From contig OX597814.1 of assembly GCA_951406725.2 (NCBI GenBank), forward strand, positions 183,830,001-183,894,000: a stretch of 64,000 nucleotides of DNA, read 5' to 3'. This DNA comes from Octopus vulgaris. Taxonomy: Eukaryota. Positions 13,950 through 26,902 of the stretch are shown here, one piece after another. The notes below the pieces were generated by a model. The model was not told the DNA's origin. It worked only from the letters and a program-made list of their open reading frames with translations, and did no database searches. The position numbers and the translations under genes are program-made. The first letter of the stretch is position 1. The number at the start of each line of letters is the position of its first letter.

Positions 13950-14585
13950 TATATGATATGATATGACATGATATGATGGCCGTCCACTGGTGTCCGAGGA
14001 ACACCGTTGCTGACCTTCAGGAACATTGTGCGCTCTAGAACTAATTTATATTTTGCATTTGTGACTCTGTTGGTGGCTAATGAGCCCTGCTCTTGACAAG
14101 CATACACGACTACAAATATTGCAGACCAAACTTTCCCCATTCACTACGCCAGCAGTGCGCTTTCGAGCAGCACGCCTAAGTTCTTCGTGCAGAATACCTG
14201 CTCTCTCAAAAGTGTCGATCCCCTTCTTAACCTGCTTCCTCCATCTGTGGCGATGACAAGCATTGTTATCCCAATCAGTCCCCTGCATACCACATGCCCT
14301 TTAATGAGGACTTGACACAGTCTTTAAATCGCAGTCGTGGTTTCTGCCGAGGTCTCTTTCCATTCACAAGATCCTCCTACAGCATCTGCTTAGGGATCCT
14401 GCTATCCTTCATTCTAATACGTTGTCCAGTCCAGCGTAACCGGTGCTTGTGCACGATCGCCTCAATACTCAAGATATCAGCTGTCCTCAAGTCCTGTGTG
14501 TCTGGAGTTTTTAAGGTCCAGCCAACATTCAGAATGTGTCTGAGACATCTCTGATGAAAGCGTTCAAGGACCCTTACATGACCAT
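13950..14585 (-). mobile_element. RTE LINE, 3' non-inverted segment with (CATAT)n tail
   Basis: HVRVLERFHQRCLRHIL..RLRWTGQ.IRM.DSRIPKQ..CNICSRVCLSRAGLISHQ. Confidence 0.88.
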
Positions 14586-14589
14586 TTTA

Positions 14590-14955
14590 TTGCACTACTG
14601 GATGACATGCAAATGCTTATGAATTGTACTTCTGCTTCTTTCAAGGCATTTGCACTCAGCATTAGCCTGGAAAAGACTGTTGTAATGTTCCAACCTGCAC
14701 CAGGAAATCTATACGTGGAACGAACTATCTTGGTTGAAGGAACAATTCTGAAAGTGGTAGACAAGTTTGTCTATGTGGGCAGCACACTCAGCTGTTCATG
14801 CTCCCTGGATGATGAAATATCTTTCAGGCTGCAGAGAGCAACTGATTTCTTCCGGTCTCTTCAGTCTCGTGTCTGGTCCCAGCATGGCATCACAAAGCAA
14901 ACAAAAATTGGTGTGTACCGTCAGGTGTACTGACATCACCCCTTTACTTATGTGA
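14590..14955 (+). mobile_element. RTE LINE, inverted 5' segment (post-RT thumb region)
   Basis: DMQMLMN..AFALSISLEKTVVMFQP..VDKFVYVGSTLS..LDDEISFRLQRA..TKIGVYR is the typical RTE ORF region directly upstream of the adjacent segment. Confidence 0.88.
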
Positions 14956-14956
14956 G

Positions 14957-14987
<31 letters not shown>

Positions 14988-15070
14988 AAATAAGTAGTAA
15001 AAAATTAATGAGTGCATGCGTTACATATATAATATTTTCAGGATTAAATAAAAAGACAAAAGGAAAGTAT

Positions 15071-15123
<53 letters not shown>

Positions 15124-15226
15124 ATTAGAGATAAAACCACTATTAGGCAAATCATACAATGAAAAACTTAAGCCAGTACATCTGATTTTTCCCTGTAAGT
15201 TTGGATTTATTCCCTAATATTTATTA

Positions 15227-15274
<48 letters not shown>

Positions 15275-15275
<1 letters not shown>

Positions 15276-15790
15276 TAGCAGTATCGCCCGGCGTTGCTCG
15301 GGTTTGTAAGGGAAATAACTATATAAGCATTTTTAGAGAGTTACTTCCCTTATAGATGCCAATTCGGGCTTTCTTAGCCATTTCTGTTTTGCTGTCTTCA
15401 AGCCATGAAGTCGTTGTTCTAAAAGAACGCTGGTCTCCTTGACAACGCTTTACGACGTTGATTTCCTTACACTCCCTTCCCCACAGCTTCACGAGGGAGG
15501 GAAGAAGGGGGAGAAGCAAACAGGTGCAGATGTGAGCGTGGACGCCAACTCCGCCGCCATCGACACACGAAAAATTATGCATTAAAATGGAATAAAAAAT
15601 GATGTTAAATTATTTTTAAAATCGTAGACTCATCGTAGACGCGCGCTAATAGCCAGACGGGCTCGATATGAATCACGACTATAAGATACCCGAATTTGGT
15701 TAAACTGCACGGCAAAATGTGGGAGTAGTTAGGAATCTAAATCGAAGGGGACAGACACTCACACAACTACAGTTTTATATATATATATAT
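15275..15790 (-). mobile_element. Non-autonomous Helitron
   Basis: Minus-strand 3' end has the CCCGAGCAACGCCGGG hairpin followed by CGATACTGCTAG|T; terminal ~70 bp shared with 39122-39490. Confidence 0.75.
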
Positions 15791-16069
15791 ATGATTTAAA
15801 AAAGTGTAATTAACAAACACACGAACATGTACCAAATACACAGACGAACGGAAAACACGGAACGTCACCAACAACCAGAAGGTCAAACACAATTTCGGCC
15901 ATTATCGATAATATTGCTTCCACCCTGGTCCCATTCCCGGTATGTTTTTTGCCAGAGTGGCATCAATATTATCGATAATGGCGGAAAGAGGAGTTGGTGA
16001 TGTACTGCGTTTTCCGTTCGTTTATGTATTTGGATTATGTTCGTGTGTTTGTGTTAACTACACCATTTT

Positions 16070-16080
<11 letters not shown>
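15786..16080. mobile_element. Foldback/MITE with ~140-bp imperfect inverted arms in (TA)n
   Basis: GACGAACGGAAAAC pairs with GTTTTCCGTTCGTT, and CCATTATCGATAATATTG pairs with CAATATTATCGATAATGG. Confidence 0.75.
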
Positions 16081-16113
<33 letters not shown>

Positions 16114-16174
16114 TACAGATGTGTCATAATTTCCTTGCGTTGTCTTTTTATTTAATCCTGAATATATATATTTT

Positions 16175-16402
16175 GTTTTTGTTTTTTGTTTTTCCAGTTT
16201 CAGCTCTTGAGCTGTGGCCATGCTGGGGCACCGCCATTGTGGTGAAAGAGTACAGCAGGGATCACCCCCCCCCCCTGCCGAAGCCTCGTAGAGCTTTTAG
16301 GTGTTTTCGCTCAATAAACACACACAACGCCCGGTCTGAGAATCGAAACCGCGATCCTGCGACCGCGAGTCCGCTGCCCTAACCACTAGGCCATTGCGCC
16401 TC

Positions 16403-16403
<1 letters not shown>
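16175..16403 (-). mobile_element. Chimeric SINE: family C head with family A-type tail
   Basis: Head GGCGCAATGGCCTAGTGGTTAGGGCAGCGGACTCGCGG matches family C; tail GGCGGTGCCCCAGCATGGCC..CTGAAAC matches family A. Confidence 0.75.
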
Positions 16404-16439
<36 letters not shown>

Positions 16440-17114
16440 CTTCATATTGTATTAATTATTTATATGAATGCTGCCCTCCAGTAAAGTTATTACGAAGACA
16501 CTGCTGACACTGTATATAGTACTCAGCTTGAAAGAAAGATTGTAGGTAGTTTTTGCGCTGTAATTCTCACGCTACAGGATCTTTAGTGGATGCTGCTACA
16601 ACATACAGTATATGACCGAAATATTTCATTCAAATAGTCCTTTTATATAATCAGTTTCTGAATTACTAGGATCAGTCGGGCAGTTAGTAACTAAGGGATC
16701 TGGTTTAGACTTGAATCACTACTGGGTATTCTGTCGGACCATCTGCTGTACTTATTGATTGATATGTGGTTCTAGCACAACATTTGAATAAAATCCCTTT
16801 GTCAATTAGTGCACTACTAATTACAACGTTAATTGTGATACAACTAGTGCAATAAAATAGTCTCTTCTTCATTGACGCGTTAGACTTACTTAGAATAACA
16901 GATTAATCTTTCCAATCGTGGCTTAGAATCTACAATAATAGAAAGACATCCATTATTATACTTCTATATGTTGTGTCTAAAGTATAAAAACAATATCGAG
17001 ATGGCTACGAAAGGAATGAATTTGATTATAGGTTAGCTAGAACAGGTTTAATGTGGGACTAAAATTTGTTTTCTAAGTCCATTTCACCGAGTCTAGTCCA
17101 CAAGTGATATTTGC

Positions 17115-17510
17115 TTCATCAACTCTGAAAAGATGAAAGGTAAAGTCGACCTTGGTGGGATTTTGACGTCAGAAGTGATGACGGATGAAATGCCGCTAAG
17201 CATTTATCCGGGAGTGCTGACTGTTCTGCCGGCTCGCTGCCTTATATGGGACTTAATAATGCCTTCAGATTTTAGCACAAGGCCATCAAGTTCGGGGGAG
17301 TGGGGTAGTCGTAAACATGGACACCAGTATTCAACTGATACTTATCGGATCCGAAGATACTGTCTAAAAGAGAAAAATACTAAGATGGCTACCGTAGAAA
17401 TTAATTTGATAGTAGGTGGGCCGGAACAAATTTAATGCGGAACTAAATAATGCTTTTAGATTTTGGTACAAGACCAGCAATTGCGGGGTGTGGGGTAAGT
17501 CGATTTCATC
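17115..17510 (-). mobile_element. Old, fragmented SINE B remnants
   Basis: GATGAAAGGTAAAGTCGACCTT and CACAAGGCC..GGGG..AGTCG motifs. Confidence 0.6.
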
Positions 17511-18175
17511 AATGAGACGATCACACGCTACACTCCTTCCTCCCAAGCACTGCTGTAAACAGATGAAGTAAGTTAGAACATTAAAACCTAATGTGCATGC
17601 ACAACAGAGTTCAAGGTCAATCTGTCCCAAGCAGCTTCACTTTGATGGCTTCAGTTTCGTTACTATGGCAACAGTGCGGCTACTTATTGATCAGACCACA
17701 TATACATTCAAATGTGGTTTGTATGACAGTATTTGTCTGGCAATGAATGTAAATGGATAATCTAAACTTTACTCATTAACTAAATTAACGAACACATTGA
17801 ATTACGTCAGAAGTGCGACTTCAACTACTAGGACATAGTTCACTTTCATTCTAAACTCATTGTCTTTTAAAATCGCTGCAATTAATTAAGCGAAAACGCA
17901 ATCAGCATACCAAATAAAAGATAACTTGCTAATAACGTATTCAGTATGGTGAACATCAAATATTAGATAATTATGTAATGGCAAAAAGCAGTGTTTTATC
18001 CATGTCCGATATTATTTTAATAATAATAAGATGTGAGATAATTTCAGAGGCTTTAGATCTCCTCAGCGAAGCATAGACATCACATGGCTTGCTGTCGTAG
18101 TGACGAATAAATAACTAAGTAGATATGTGTGCAATAATGTAGAAGAGAAGGCATGATCAGTTTGCAGAATTGTTG

Positions 18176-18319
18176 TTTCTTTATTGCCCACAGGGCGCTA
18201 AACATAGAGGAGACAAAAAAGGTCAGACAAAGGGTTTAAGTCGATTAGACCGACCCCAGTGCGTAACTGGTATTTATTTAATCGACCCCGAAAGGATGAA
18301 AGGCAAAGTCGACCTCGGC
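18176..18319 (-). mobile_element. SINE B, 5'-truncated; tail variant with GGGCAATAAAGAAA
   Basis: Homologous to the B unit. Confidence 0.85.
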
Positions 18320-18503
18320 CACTGCCCTTAATTACTTAGACACACTGTAGTAATTGGTATAATGCCTTTCTTTTTTCATTACGTATTTATATTCTAATTG
18401 TAGTGTTTATGCTTATTGAATATAATTACACTACATAGATACAAACACACCCTCACCGTCATTCACACATACGCAGTTACTCACACACACGTGCGCGCGT
18501 GCC

Positions 18504-18555
<52 letters not shown>

Positions 18556-19332
18556 GTAGTATAATAATATTGGTGTTATAGATTTTGATTTTCTACAAAG
18601 TTCATATCCCTTTCGATCCAAATATAGTTTTTCCGCCTATATTATACAAGAGTTATTTTCAGCTACGGATGACTTAAATGAGGGGACAGGAAATATCTGA
18701 TTTAATCCTCAATAAAACATGTCGTTCAATATGAAAAAGTACATTAAATTTAATTAACAATATATTAAATTTCAAGAACACCTAGGCGTGTGGAAATAAC
18801 CACATAATGCATAAAACAAACATAGACAAGTGACAATTTCTAATAATGCACATCATATCGATCTATAACTTTGCTAATAATTTATCTAAAGTATTTGGAA
18901 CAACATAATGGGTACAGACTATTCTACTTAGTGGAGTCAAAAAATATTCCATATTTCAGTTCGAATTTCGTATGAACAACAACTAAGGAAATTATTTACA
19001 TGAAATAACCACATTCAATGGAAGTACTAACAAAACAAACAAAATCTGATATAAAAAGAGTATACAACAACGCACATCACTCTAATTATAATATTATACG
19101 ATTATAAATGCTCTAACTATATTTGCGACTATGTTGCTAACTTTCACATACATCGTAGTCCAATTTGGTTCTAAGTAATGATAAAAGTCAAATAATATTC
19201 CTTTTCCAAAGTATCTCACTGGCGTTTCCAGTTAACTTCATTTTCTTTGTTTACACAACTGACTTGTTGAATTCATTACGTGAAATTTTGAAAATGTCTT
19301 TCACTAAACGGGCTAAAAATGACGATTGATAA

Positions 19333-20663
19333 CACAACGTAACAATTATCAAAAAAAAGATTGTTTATTGCATTTTCTTATTGTTTATCAATCCATTTTT
19401 TCTGCTGATTCCAAAAAATGAAATTATTTTTTTGTATCATCAACAGTTAAAAAAATATGTCGACTTTCAATGCTATTATATATTCGGTATTGTTATAATA
19501 TTCCGCTACTAAATATATGTCTAATTTTCTCTTTCAGACCAATTACTAAGTTCTGCTACTTTCAGGATGGTTACTAGAGTATGTAAAAATTCTCCAGATA
19601 CATTTTGCTACGTGTGGTTATTATTTGGAAAAAAGCAGATCGTGAAAGGTGCCAAATTGTGGATAGCGTACAGACTATTTCGGAATGCCCATGGGTGACC
19701 AGGACAAACCATGGGCCCCCACATGTGATATGTGGAAACTGTCGGTCTACTTTAGAAGGATGGTTAAGAGGAACAGGAAGGTCAATGCCTTTTGCCATTC
19801 CAAAGGTATGGAGAGAGCCAAAGAACCATCACGATGACTGCTACTTTTGTATGATCGATGTGACAAAGTACAGAAAAGTGAAAAGAAGACAAGCTCTTCA
19901 GTATCCAGACATACCATCATCTAGAGAACCTGTTCCACATGATGACAGTTTACGAGTACCACTACCACCAGAAAATATTTCATCTGAAGAGTTAACAAGT
20001 AGCAGCAGCCAAGAAATGGAGGAAGTTTTCGTACCAAGAACGACTTCGGAGCCTCACTTTCCAAATCAGAGTGATCTAGATGATTTAATCAGAGATCTGG
20101 GTCTTACTAAGTCAGGAGCTGAACTTTCATCAAGGTTGAAGGAATGGAATCTACTGGGGGAAAACTGCAAACGCCATGAAGTGAGGATCATGGTGAGAGA
20201 TTTCATCAGGACATCACAACTATTGAAAGAAGATACCAAGGACGATGGGATACTGCTTTGATGGAAGATTATAAATGGTCTCAAGTCAGAAGAGATGAAG
20301 GTATACACTACAAAAAATCTCGATCGTCAAAGCACTTTTCATGTTAAGAAAAGAGTTATCAAGACATTTACAGTGCACATTTTTATTGTTTCTTTTTGTT
20401 CTAACTAATATTATACTTCCTACATACCTTTCAATATATGAAAATGTACTAAATGTTGTGTAATTATCCTTACAATACTAGAATAGATTGAACCAACAAA
20501 GTGCTGTAGAGAAAAGTTACAAATAAAACGAGCAAATATGAAATTAGGAATAAATAAATATCTATCGATGTTACGTCAAAACGAATGTGATTTTTGAATT
20601 TAGTGGCAAAAATGCATATATGAACATTAAAAAATACAAATAAACAAAACGTGTTACATTCTG
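19333..20663 (+). mobile_element. Internally deleted CMC/Chapaev3-like DNA transposon
   Basis: Transposase remnants NSPDTFCYVCG, MPFAIPKVWREPKNHHDDCYFC and DLIRDLGLTKSGAEL are fused to the C-terminal EDHGERFHQDI..ERRYQGRWD. Degenerate TIRs CACAACGTAACA / TGTTACATTCTG with TAA on both sides. The superfamily name is from recall of these motifs. Confidence 0.72.
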
Positions 20664-21226
20664 TAATTTATCCCTCTAAAAGCAAAATTAATTTATTTAT
20701 GTTACTAAGAAGCTTTACATTGTTAATGTAATGAAATACGTTTAATAAACAAGATACAAACGTTGCATAAAGAACACAATAAAGATTTCCAGTATTTAAA
20801 TATCGTTTGATTTAAATATTGTTCGATTTGAAATGGTAAACTCATCTAAAGTTTTCATTAGAAAAAAAACGAGCCCACTATAGCACACCATACAAAGGGA
20901 TATAAAAGAAATATTACCGTCTAATATAAACACATGAAATTGTGCACTATTAATGCTCAGTTTTTGTAAGGTGGTTAGATATGGGGAAATACGAGTTCTG
21001 TAAAGCTTCAAGCTATCGAAAAATGTCCTATCTAAATGGGAAGAGCTACATTACGTTGTTTAAGCTCTCGCTCTAAGATAGCTTCATTTCATGAAACAAA
21101 TCTAACCCTGTTCCCTTGCTAACAGAAGCGTCTAGGAAGTGTAAACTGCAAAGCAGTCCGTTCAATCAGAAAAGAAGGCAGTATGATGTTTGGCTGCTTT
21201 ATGGGAGGAACAATAAAAATATTTTT

Positions 21227-21270
21227 ATTCATTTGCTTCTTTTTTGGATCCAAAAAAGAAGCAAATGAAT
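21227..21270. repeat. Perfect 44-bp palindrome
   Basis: ATTCATTTGCTTCTTTTTTGGA|TCCAAAAAAGAAGCAAATGAAT. Confidence 0.9.
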
Positions 21271-21819
21271 TCAATAACTATATCAGGCAATCAAGTTGGG
21301 TTCACAACTGGATCATATATAGAGATGGACCACACTCATAGAGTGAACTAGGGCGTTGGTCTACTTCGGCCTTTCAAAATAATAATGGAAGTTTGAGCTT
21401 CAGATAGCATCATGGTTTTACAATAGTTGCTGCAGAGAGGTAGATTATGATAACATCCTAAAATTCTACCAAACGAAACAGATTATCAAACACTTCGATC
21501 ACGATAACGAGGTTAGATTAAAAACTAAATTAGAAAAATAGATAATTATTTAGTGGAAACTAATAAGCAGCCAACAATTATTTAGGTATCTAGACAAATA
21601 TTTATTAAGGGGAACAGGAAATAAGTTAAAGAAAATACAATGAGGAGCGCAAAAAGAAATTATACATATCGACTAGATTGAAAATCTTTCACAAATCAGA
21701 GCATTCTACAAAAACATAGCCAAAGTTGGAGAAAATATTGGTTTTAAATTTGGGGACGAGGCCAGCTATTTCGGGGGAAACGGGTGAATCGATAACATTG
21801 ATCACTGTTTACCTATTTG

Positions 21820-22016
21820 ATACCTATTTCTTTACTACCCACAAGGGGCTAAAAACAGGGGACAAACAAAGACAGACGGACGGATTAAGTCGATTACATC
21901 GACCCCAATGCGTAATTGGTACTTAATTTATCGACTCCGAAAGGATGAAAGACAAAGTCGACCTCGGCGGAATTTGTAATCACAACATAAAGACGGACCA
22001 AATGCCGCTAAGCATT
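21820..22016 (-). mobile_element. SINE family B unit
   Basis: Nearly identical to 3550-3740. Confidence 0.88.
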
Positions 22017-22441
22017 TAACAAATTTTGAAAAATGAGATTTTAAAAATGTTCGTAAATAGAACACTAAGGCTGGAGGTTCAATTTATTTTCAAGACTCCG
22101 CCAATAAATAAATTATCCCAATTCATGTAGGCTAGAAAAGAAAACTGAGCAAAAATATCATTTCCTTCTTCGTTTTCTGTACTTTCTCCTAATCACCACT
22201 TTTTCTAGGTTTTGTGATTTATTTTATTACAGTTGCTTACTAGGTTTACACAGAAGTTTAAATTGATCAAATAAATAGATATATATATGTTGCTAAATTG
22301 TGTTACAAATCTTTGTAGAATATAATGTATAATATCTTGTTAAATTAACCCCCAAATGCATTTATATACAATGCATATATATTAGTTATTCTAATCTTGA
22401 ACATCGACCAGACAGTCGAAACAGATAACTTCATTATCTGT

Positions 22442-22472
<31 letters not shown>

Positions 22473-22816
22473 CCTTAACGACAAGTGTATATTAACACTA
22501 ATATTATTATAGAAAATTTGACAAGTTTTACGTCTGGCGGAAATATATTTGAAATATAAATTATTTCATACAGCAATAGATTTCCTTATGATGTATAGCC
22601 TTGTATATACTCATACACACACACACAACGTATATACATAAAAGTATGCATACGTACGTCCATGTATATGTATATGCAAACATATATACGAACATCCGTA
22701 GAAACATTAATACATATTGTAAGACGGTACGTATGAAGTGTAAATATTATATGATAGAGAAAACTAAAAACAACGCACGGTAAAAAGATAAATAATATAT
22801 GTGCATCTGTTAAAAC

Positions 22817-23122
22817 GGAGGCACATAGCCCAGTGGTAAGAGCAGCGGACTCGCGGGTTCGAATCTCAGACCGGGCGATGTGTGTTTTTGTGAGCGAAAC
22901 ACCTAAGCCCCACGCGGCTCGGGCAGAAGGTAATGGCGAACTTCTGCTGACTCTTTCGCCACAACTTTTTCTCACTCTTTCCTCCTGCATCTGCATCTCA
23001 CTCTTTCCTCCTGCTCACCTGCGACGAACCGGCGTCCCGTCCAGGTGGGGAACCTATACGCCAAGGAAACCAGGAAACCGGCTCTTATGAGCCAGGCATG
23101 GCTCGAGAAGGAACAAACAACA
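22817..23122 (+). mobile_element. SINE family C (tRNA-like head), TSD TGTTAAAACG
   Basis: A-box-like TAGCCCAGTGG, B-box GGTTCGAATC, tail GAGAAGGAACAAACAAC; 10-bp direct repeat on both flanks. Confidence 0.88.
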
Positions 23123-24143
23123 GTATGTTAAAACGTTAATATAAATCAGAATAAAAGGTGATCAATGAATGGTGTTTTGTATATATAAATATAATTTTGT
23201 GCAGTAGACTGTCGTATGTATGTATGTCCCCCTCCTGTTTGTAATTATTTAAATTCACCCTCTGAGGAAAGAACTAGTTTCTAATAAATATACAACGCTG
23301 CGTCGTTGAAATGTAGATAACAAAAACAAGGTGGCATACTAAATCTGAGAAAAGTTTTGCATATGTTTAGTGTTCCACTCACTGGTTGTATTTGTAATGT
23401 GCGAGGTAGTTGATTTCTAATTCCGAAAAGCCTAGCTTATCCGGATTATCGTTTAGGCATTTTACACACAAAGCCAAGGACACCAATTAGTATTGTTATA
23501 AATGTGGATATAGAAACTGGCAATTTCGAAGCAGTTGTCCATAAGTTATCCTATATCTCTTTGATTTCCTAAGGGATATTCACCTCAGCAGGACAACTGA
23601 CATTTTGTTGACATTTTTGAGCAGCTGTGAATCACATGTCTTCCACATAAACGTAACATAAACTACGTTTACGGTTGCATCTTGGAACTCCAAGGTCTTC
23701 ACTATCTCTTTTGCCTGTTAGGTATTTAGCAGCAATCTTCAGATATTGTACTCCAAATGCATAGCCATCGATGTTAATAGAGCGATAACGAGTCAAAGAG
23801 AAGCTTCGCTTCACGTCAATATTGCTGTCTTCAACAAGTCTCCCGGAAACATAACCAGCCATAGTCTATTTTTGGTATGATTAGCGTTTCGTATCCAGGT
23901 ATAACTTTGAGGTATGTTAGGCCGACCGTTTTGGGGTTGTATGCAAGGTCGTCAGGAAGTGAGTTCTTCCTGAGGAGCTCGCTGCCGATACATAGGATAT
24001 TCCTCTCTTCATTTTTCAACACGTAGTTGATATAATTATAATTGCTGCTGATGTTTAGTAAACCTTACTCAGAGACACTATAGTGTTGTCTGAAGAAGGG
24101 ACTGTAGTACTGTCTGAGAGATATTATGATGTATGTATGTATG

Positions 24144-24206
<63 letters not shown>

Positions 24207-24208
24207 GA

Positions 24209-24268
<60 letters not shown>

Positions 24269-24270
<2 letters not shown>

Positions 24271-24548
24271 AAGCGCATGGCCTAGTCGTTAGAGCAGAGG
24301 ACTCGTGGTCGAGGGATCGCGGGTTCGAATCTTAGACCGGGCGATGTGTGTGTTTATGAGCGAAACACCTAAGCTCCACGTGGCTCCGGCAGAAGGTGAT
24401 GGCCAACTTTCTCTCACTGATTACATCCTGCATCTTGCAGCTCACCTGCGACGGACCGGCGTCCCGTCCAGGTGGGGAACCTATGCTCCAAGAAAACTGG
24501 GAAACCGACCCTTATGAATCAGGCGTGACTCGAGAAGGAACAAACAAC
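24269..24548 (+). mobile_element. SINE family C
   Basis: Homologous to 22817-23122. Confidence 0.88.
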
Positions 24549-24792
24549 TGTTCCTCCCAAAGTATGAAACAACAACAAATATATATATATATACATATAT
24601 ATACATGTGTGTGTGTGTGTGCGTGTGTGTGTGTGTATGTGTGTCTGTATACCCAGCGACGACAATGCTGACTTGTGAAATACAAATGTGGAACAAATAT
24701 TTATATTTTACAAAATAAACTTTTTAGCGAAGGAAATCTTTTTTCGTTAATTCGTTGATAGTTAATCTAAACGAGTTATGTACGAAAAATAA

Positions 24793-25002
24793 GGTGCCGA
24801 GCTGGCAGAATCGTTAGCTGGCCGGGCGAAATGCGTAACCATATTTCGTCTACTGCTGCGTTCTGAGTTAAAATTCCGCTGAGGTCGACTTTGCCTTTCA
24901 TCCTTTCTGGATCGCTAAATTAAGTACCAGTGAAACACTGGGGACGATGCAACCGACTAGTCCTCTCCCGCCAAATTTCAGACCTAGTGTCTATAGTAGA
25001 AA
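24793..25002 (+). mobile_element. SINE family B, short-tail subtype
   Basis: B head and body ending CCAAATTTCAGACCTAGTGTCTATAGTAGAAAAG. Confidence 0.85.
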
Positions 25003-25006
25003 AGAG

Positions 25007-25216
25007 TTACACTCTTTACTCTTTTACTTGTTTCAGTCATTTGACTGCGGCCATGCTGGAGCACCGCCTTTAGTCGAGCAAATCGACCCCGGGACTTATT
25101 CTTTGTAAGCCCAGTACTTATTCTATCGGTCTCTTTTGCCGAACCGCTAGGTGACAGGGACGTAAACACACCAGCATCTATTATCAAGCAATGCTAGGGG
25201 GACAAACACAGACACA

Positions 25217-25310
<94 letters not shown>

Positions 25311-25452
25311 TACGACAGGCTTTTTTCAGTTTCCGTCTACCAAATCCACTCATAGGCATTGTTCGACTCGGGGCTATAGCAGAAGACACTTGCCCAAGAC
25401 GCCACGCAGTGGGACTGAACCCAGAACCATGTGGCTTGTTAGCAAGCTACTA
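25007..25452 (-). mobile_element. SINE family A, tail-to-tail with the preceding B copy
   Basis: Homologous to 1392-1846. Confidence 0.9.
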
Positions 25453-25921
25453 GTTATTTACAAAAAAAAAAATAATAAAAACGAAAGCAGAGTTTATTTG
25501 CCACAACATGAGCACTATGAAATAAAACTATTTACCATATAAGCCGGCCTATTGCACTTTTTATTCTTAAATGTAATAAAAAAAAAAACAGAAAGACATT
25601 GCCATGTGTCACATGCGTTGTTTTTCTTTCCCAAAATATTCTATATTCTACAAAATAGTAGGGGTTGTCGTAGGCGAGAATTCGTCCGAAACATACGGTA
25701 TGTGTACGTGAGGGTATGTGTACGTGTGTATGCATGTATGTATTTATGTGTGTGTGTGTGCATGTGGGTGTCATTGTGCTTGTATCTTATCACTTCACAA
25801 TTAGTCTTCATTTGTTTACACTCACGTAGCATAGCACAATTCGAACCACTACGTCGCTCAACTTAATGTCTCAGATTGACTAAAACTAAACGTAAAAGTT
25901 AAAAAAATATTGTTGTTGTTG

Positions 25922-26110
25922 TGACCCCCTTCGGTCATGACTGACCATGGAATAGCACCTAGAAAGTTACCTTCCGAGGCTGGGTAAGGTTGTTTATGCA
26001 AGACTAGCAGTCGCCCACGCATACCAGTCCCCCCTCTCCATGCCACTGATGTTATCCAAGGGAAATTCAAAAGCCGATACAGCTTGACACCAGTGACGTC
26101 GCAGCTCATT
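25922..26110 (-). mobile_element. SINE family E, 3' half
   Basis: Homologous to 52660-52852. Confidence 0.8.
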
Positions 26111-26232
26111 TATTAACGTGCATGTGCCTCTGTGTGTGTGCATGTGCCTGTATGTGTGTTATTGTGTGTGTGTGTGTGCATGTGCCTGTATGTGTGTTAT
26201 TGTTTGTCTGGTAGGATGAGTGTGAGCATATA

Positions 26233-26436
26233 CGAGGGGTGCTGAAAAGTTCATCGTTTTGGGTTAAGAAAATTCAGAAGGATCAGTTGATTATAATTTC
26301 ATTTACATATTACCCTCTCAGATACACATATTTTGCAGCAGTCCTTCAGTTTTTCAAAGCCTTGTAAAAGAACTCGGAAGGATGGGCCTCAAAGCAGGTC
26401 TTCTGCGATACCCTTGAACTTTTCAGCCCCTCCTCG
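26233..26436. mobile_element. Tc1/mariner-type MITE
   Basis: TA|CGAGGGGTGCTGAAAAGTT ... AACTTTTCAGCCCCTCCTCG|TA; a partial relative lies at about 27905-28050. Confidence 0.75.
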
Positions 26437-26449
26437 TACATATATATAC

Positions 26450-26645
26450 ATGATAGATCGTTAGCTCCTACACGCATTTTGTCTCAGATTGACTTGTCTT
26501 TTTTTCTGTGTATCTTTCTGTCGAAGAGCGTAGGCTCGAAACGTAAAAGACTTTTTCTATTCCTGAGCGCTATACTAATACATTTGTTTGTTTGTACTCC
26601 ACCTGCCTTCGTCTTTTGTTTATTTTCGTAAACCTTCCCTTTATA
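26450..26645 (+). mobile_element. Short dispersed repeat F with hammerhead-like core (Penelope-type remnant)
   Basis: Homologous to 28230-28410 and 44990-45165; contains CTGTCGA-A-GAGC-GTAG-GCTC-GAAACGTA and ends in (TA)n. Confidence 0.7.
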
Positions 26646-26902
26646 TATATATATAGTGTTGTCTTGAATTTATGTCAAATCTCTTACTCTCCTAATATTA
26701 GATGAGACGAACACGTCCCACACGCCAAAGGAACTTTAAGACATGCGGACCTGTGTCAAGCTGATATTACTTAAATATAGAACTGCAGCCAACTGTGCTG
26801 AGCGAGCTCATTTGTGTCAGTTCAATATACATCGCTAAATATACATATATATATATATGATTGTGTGTATGTGTGTGTGTGGCTGAGTTTGTGTGTGTTT
26901 GT

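Noticed and set aside
19605-20261. 218-aa ORF as a functional transposase
   Set aside because: Frameshifted at the N-terminus, and the central catalytic region is deleted.
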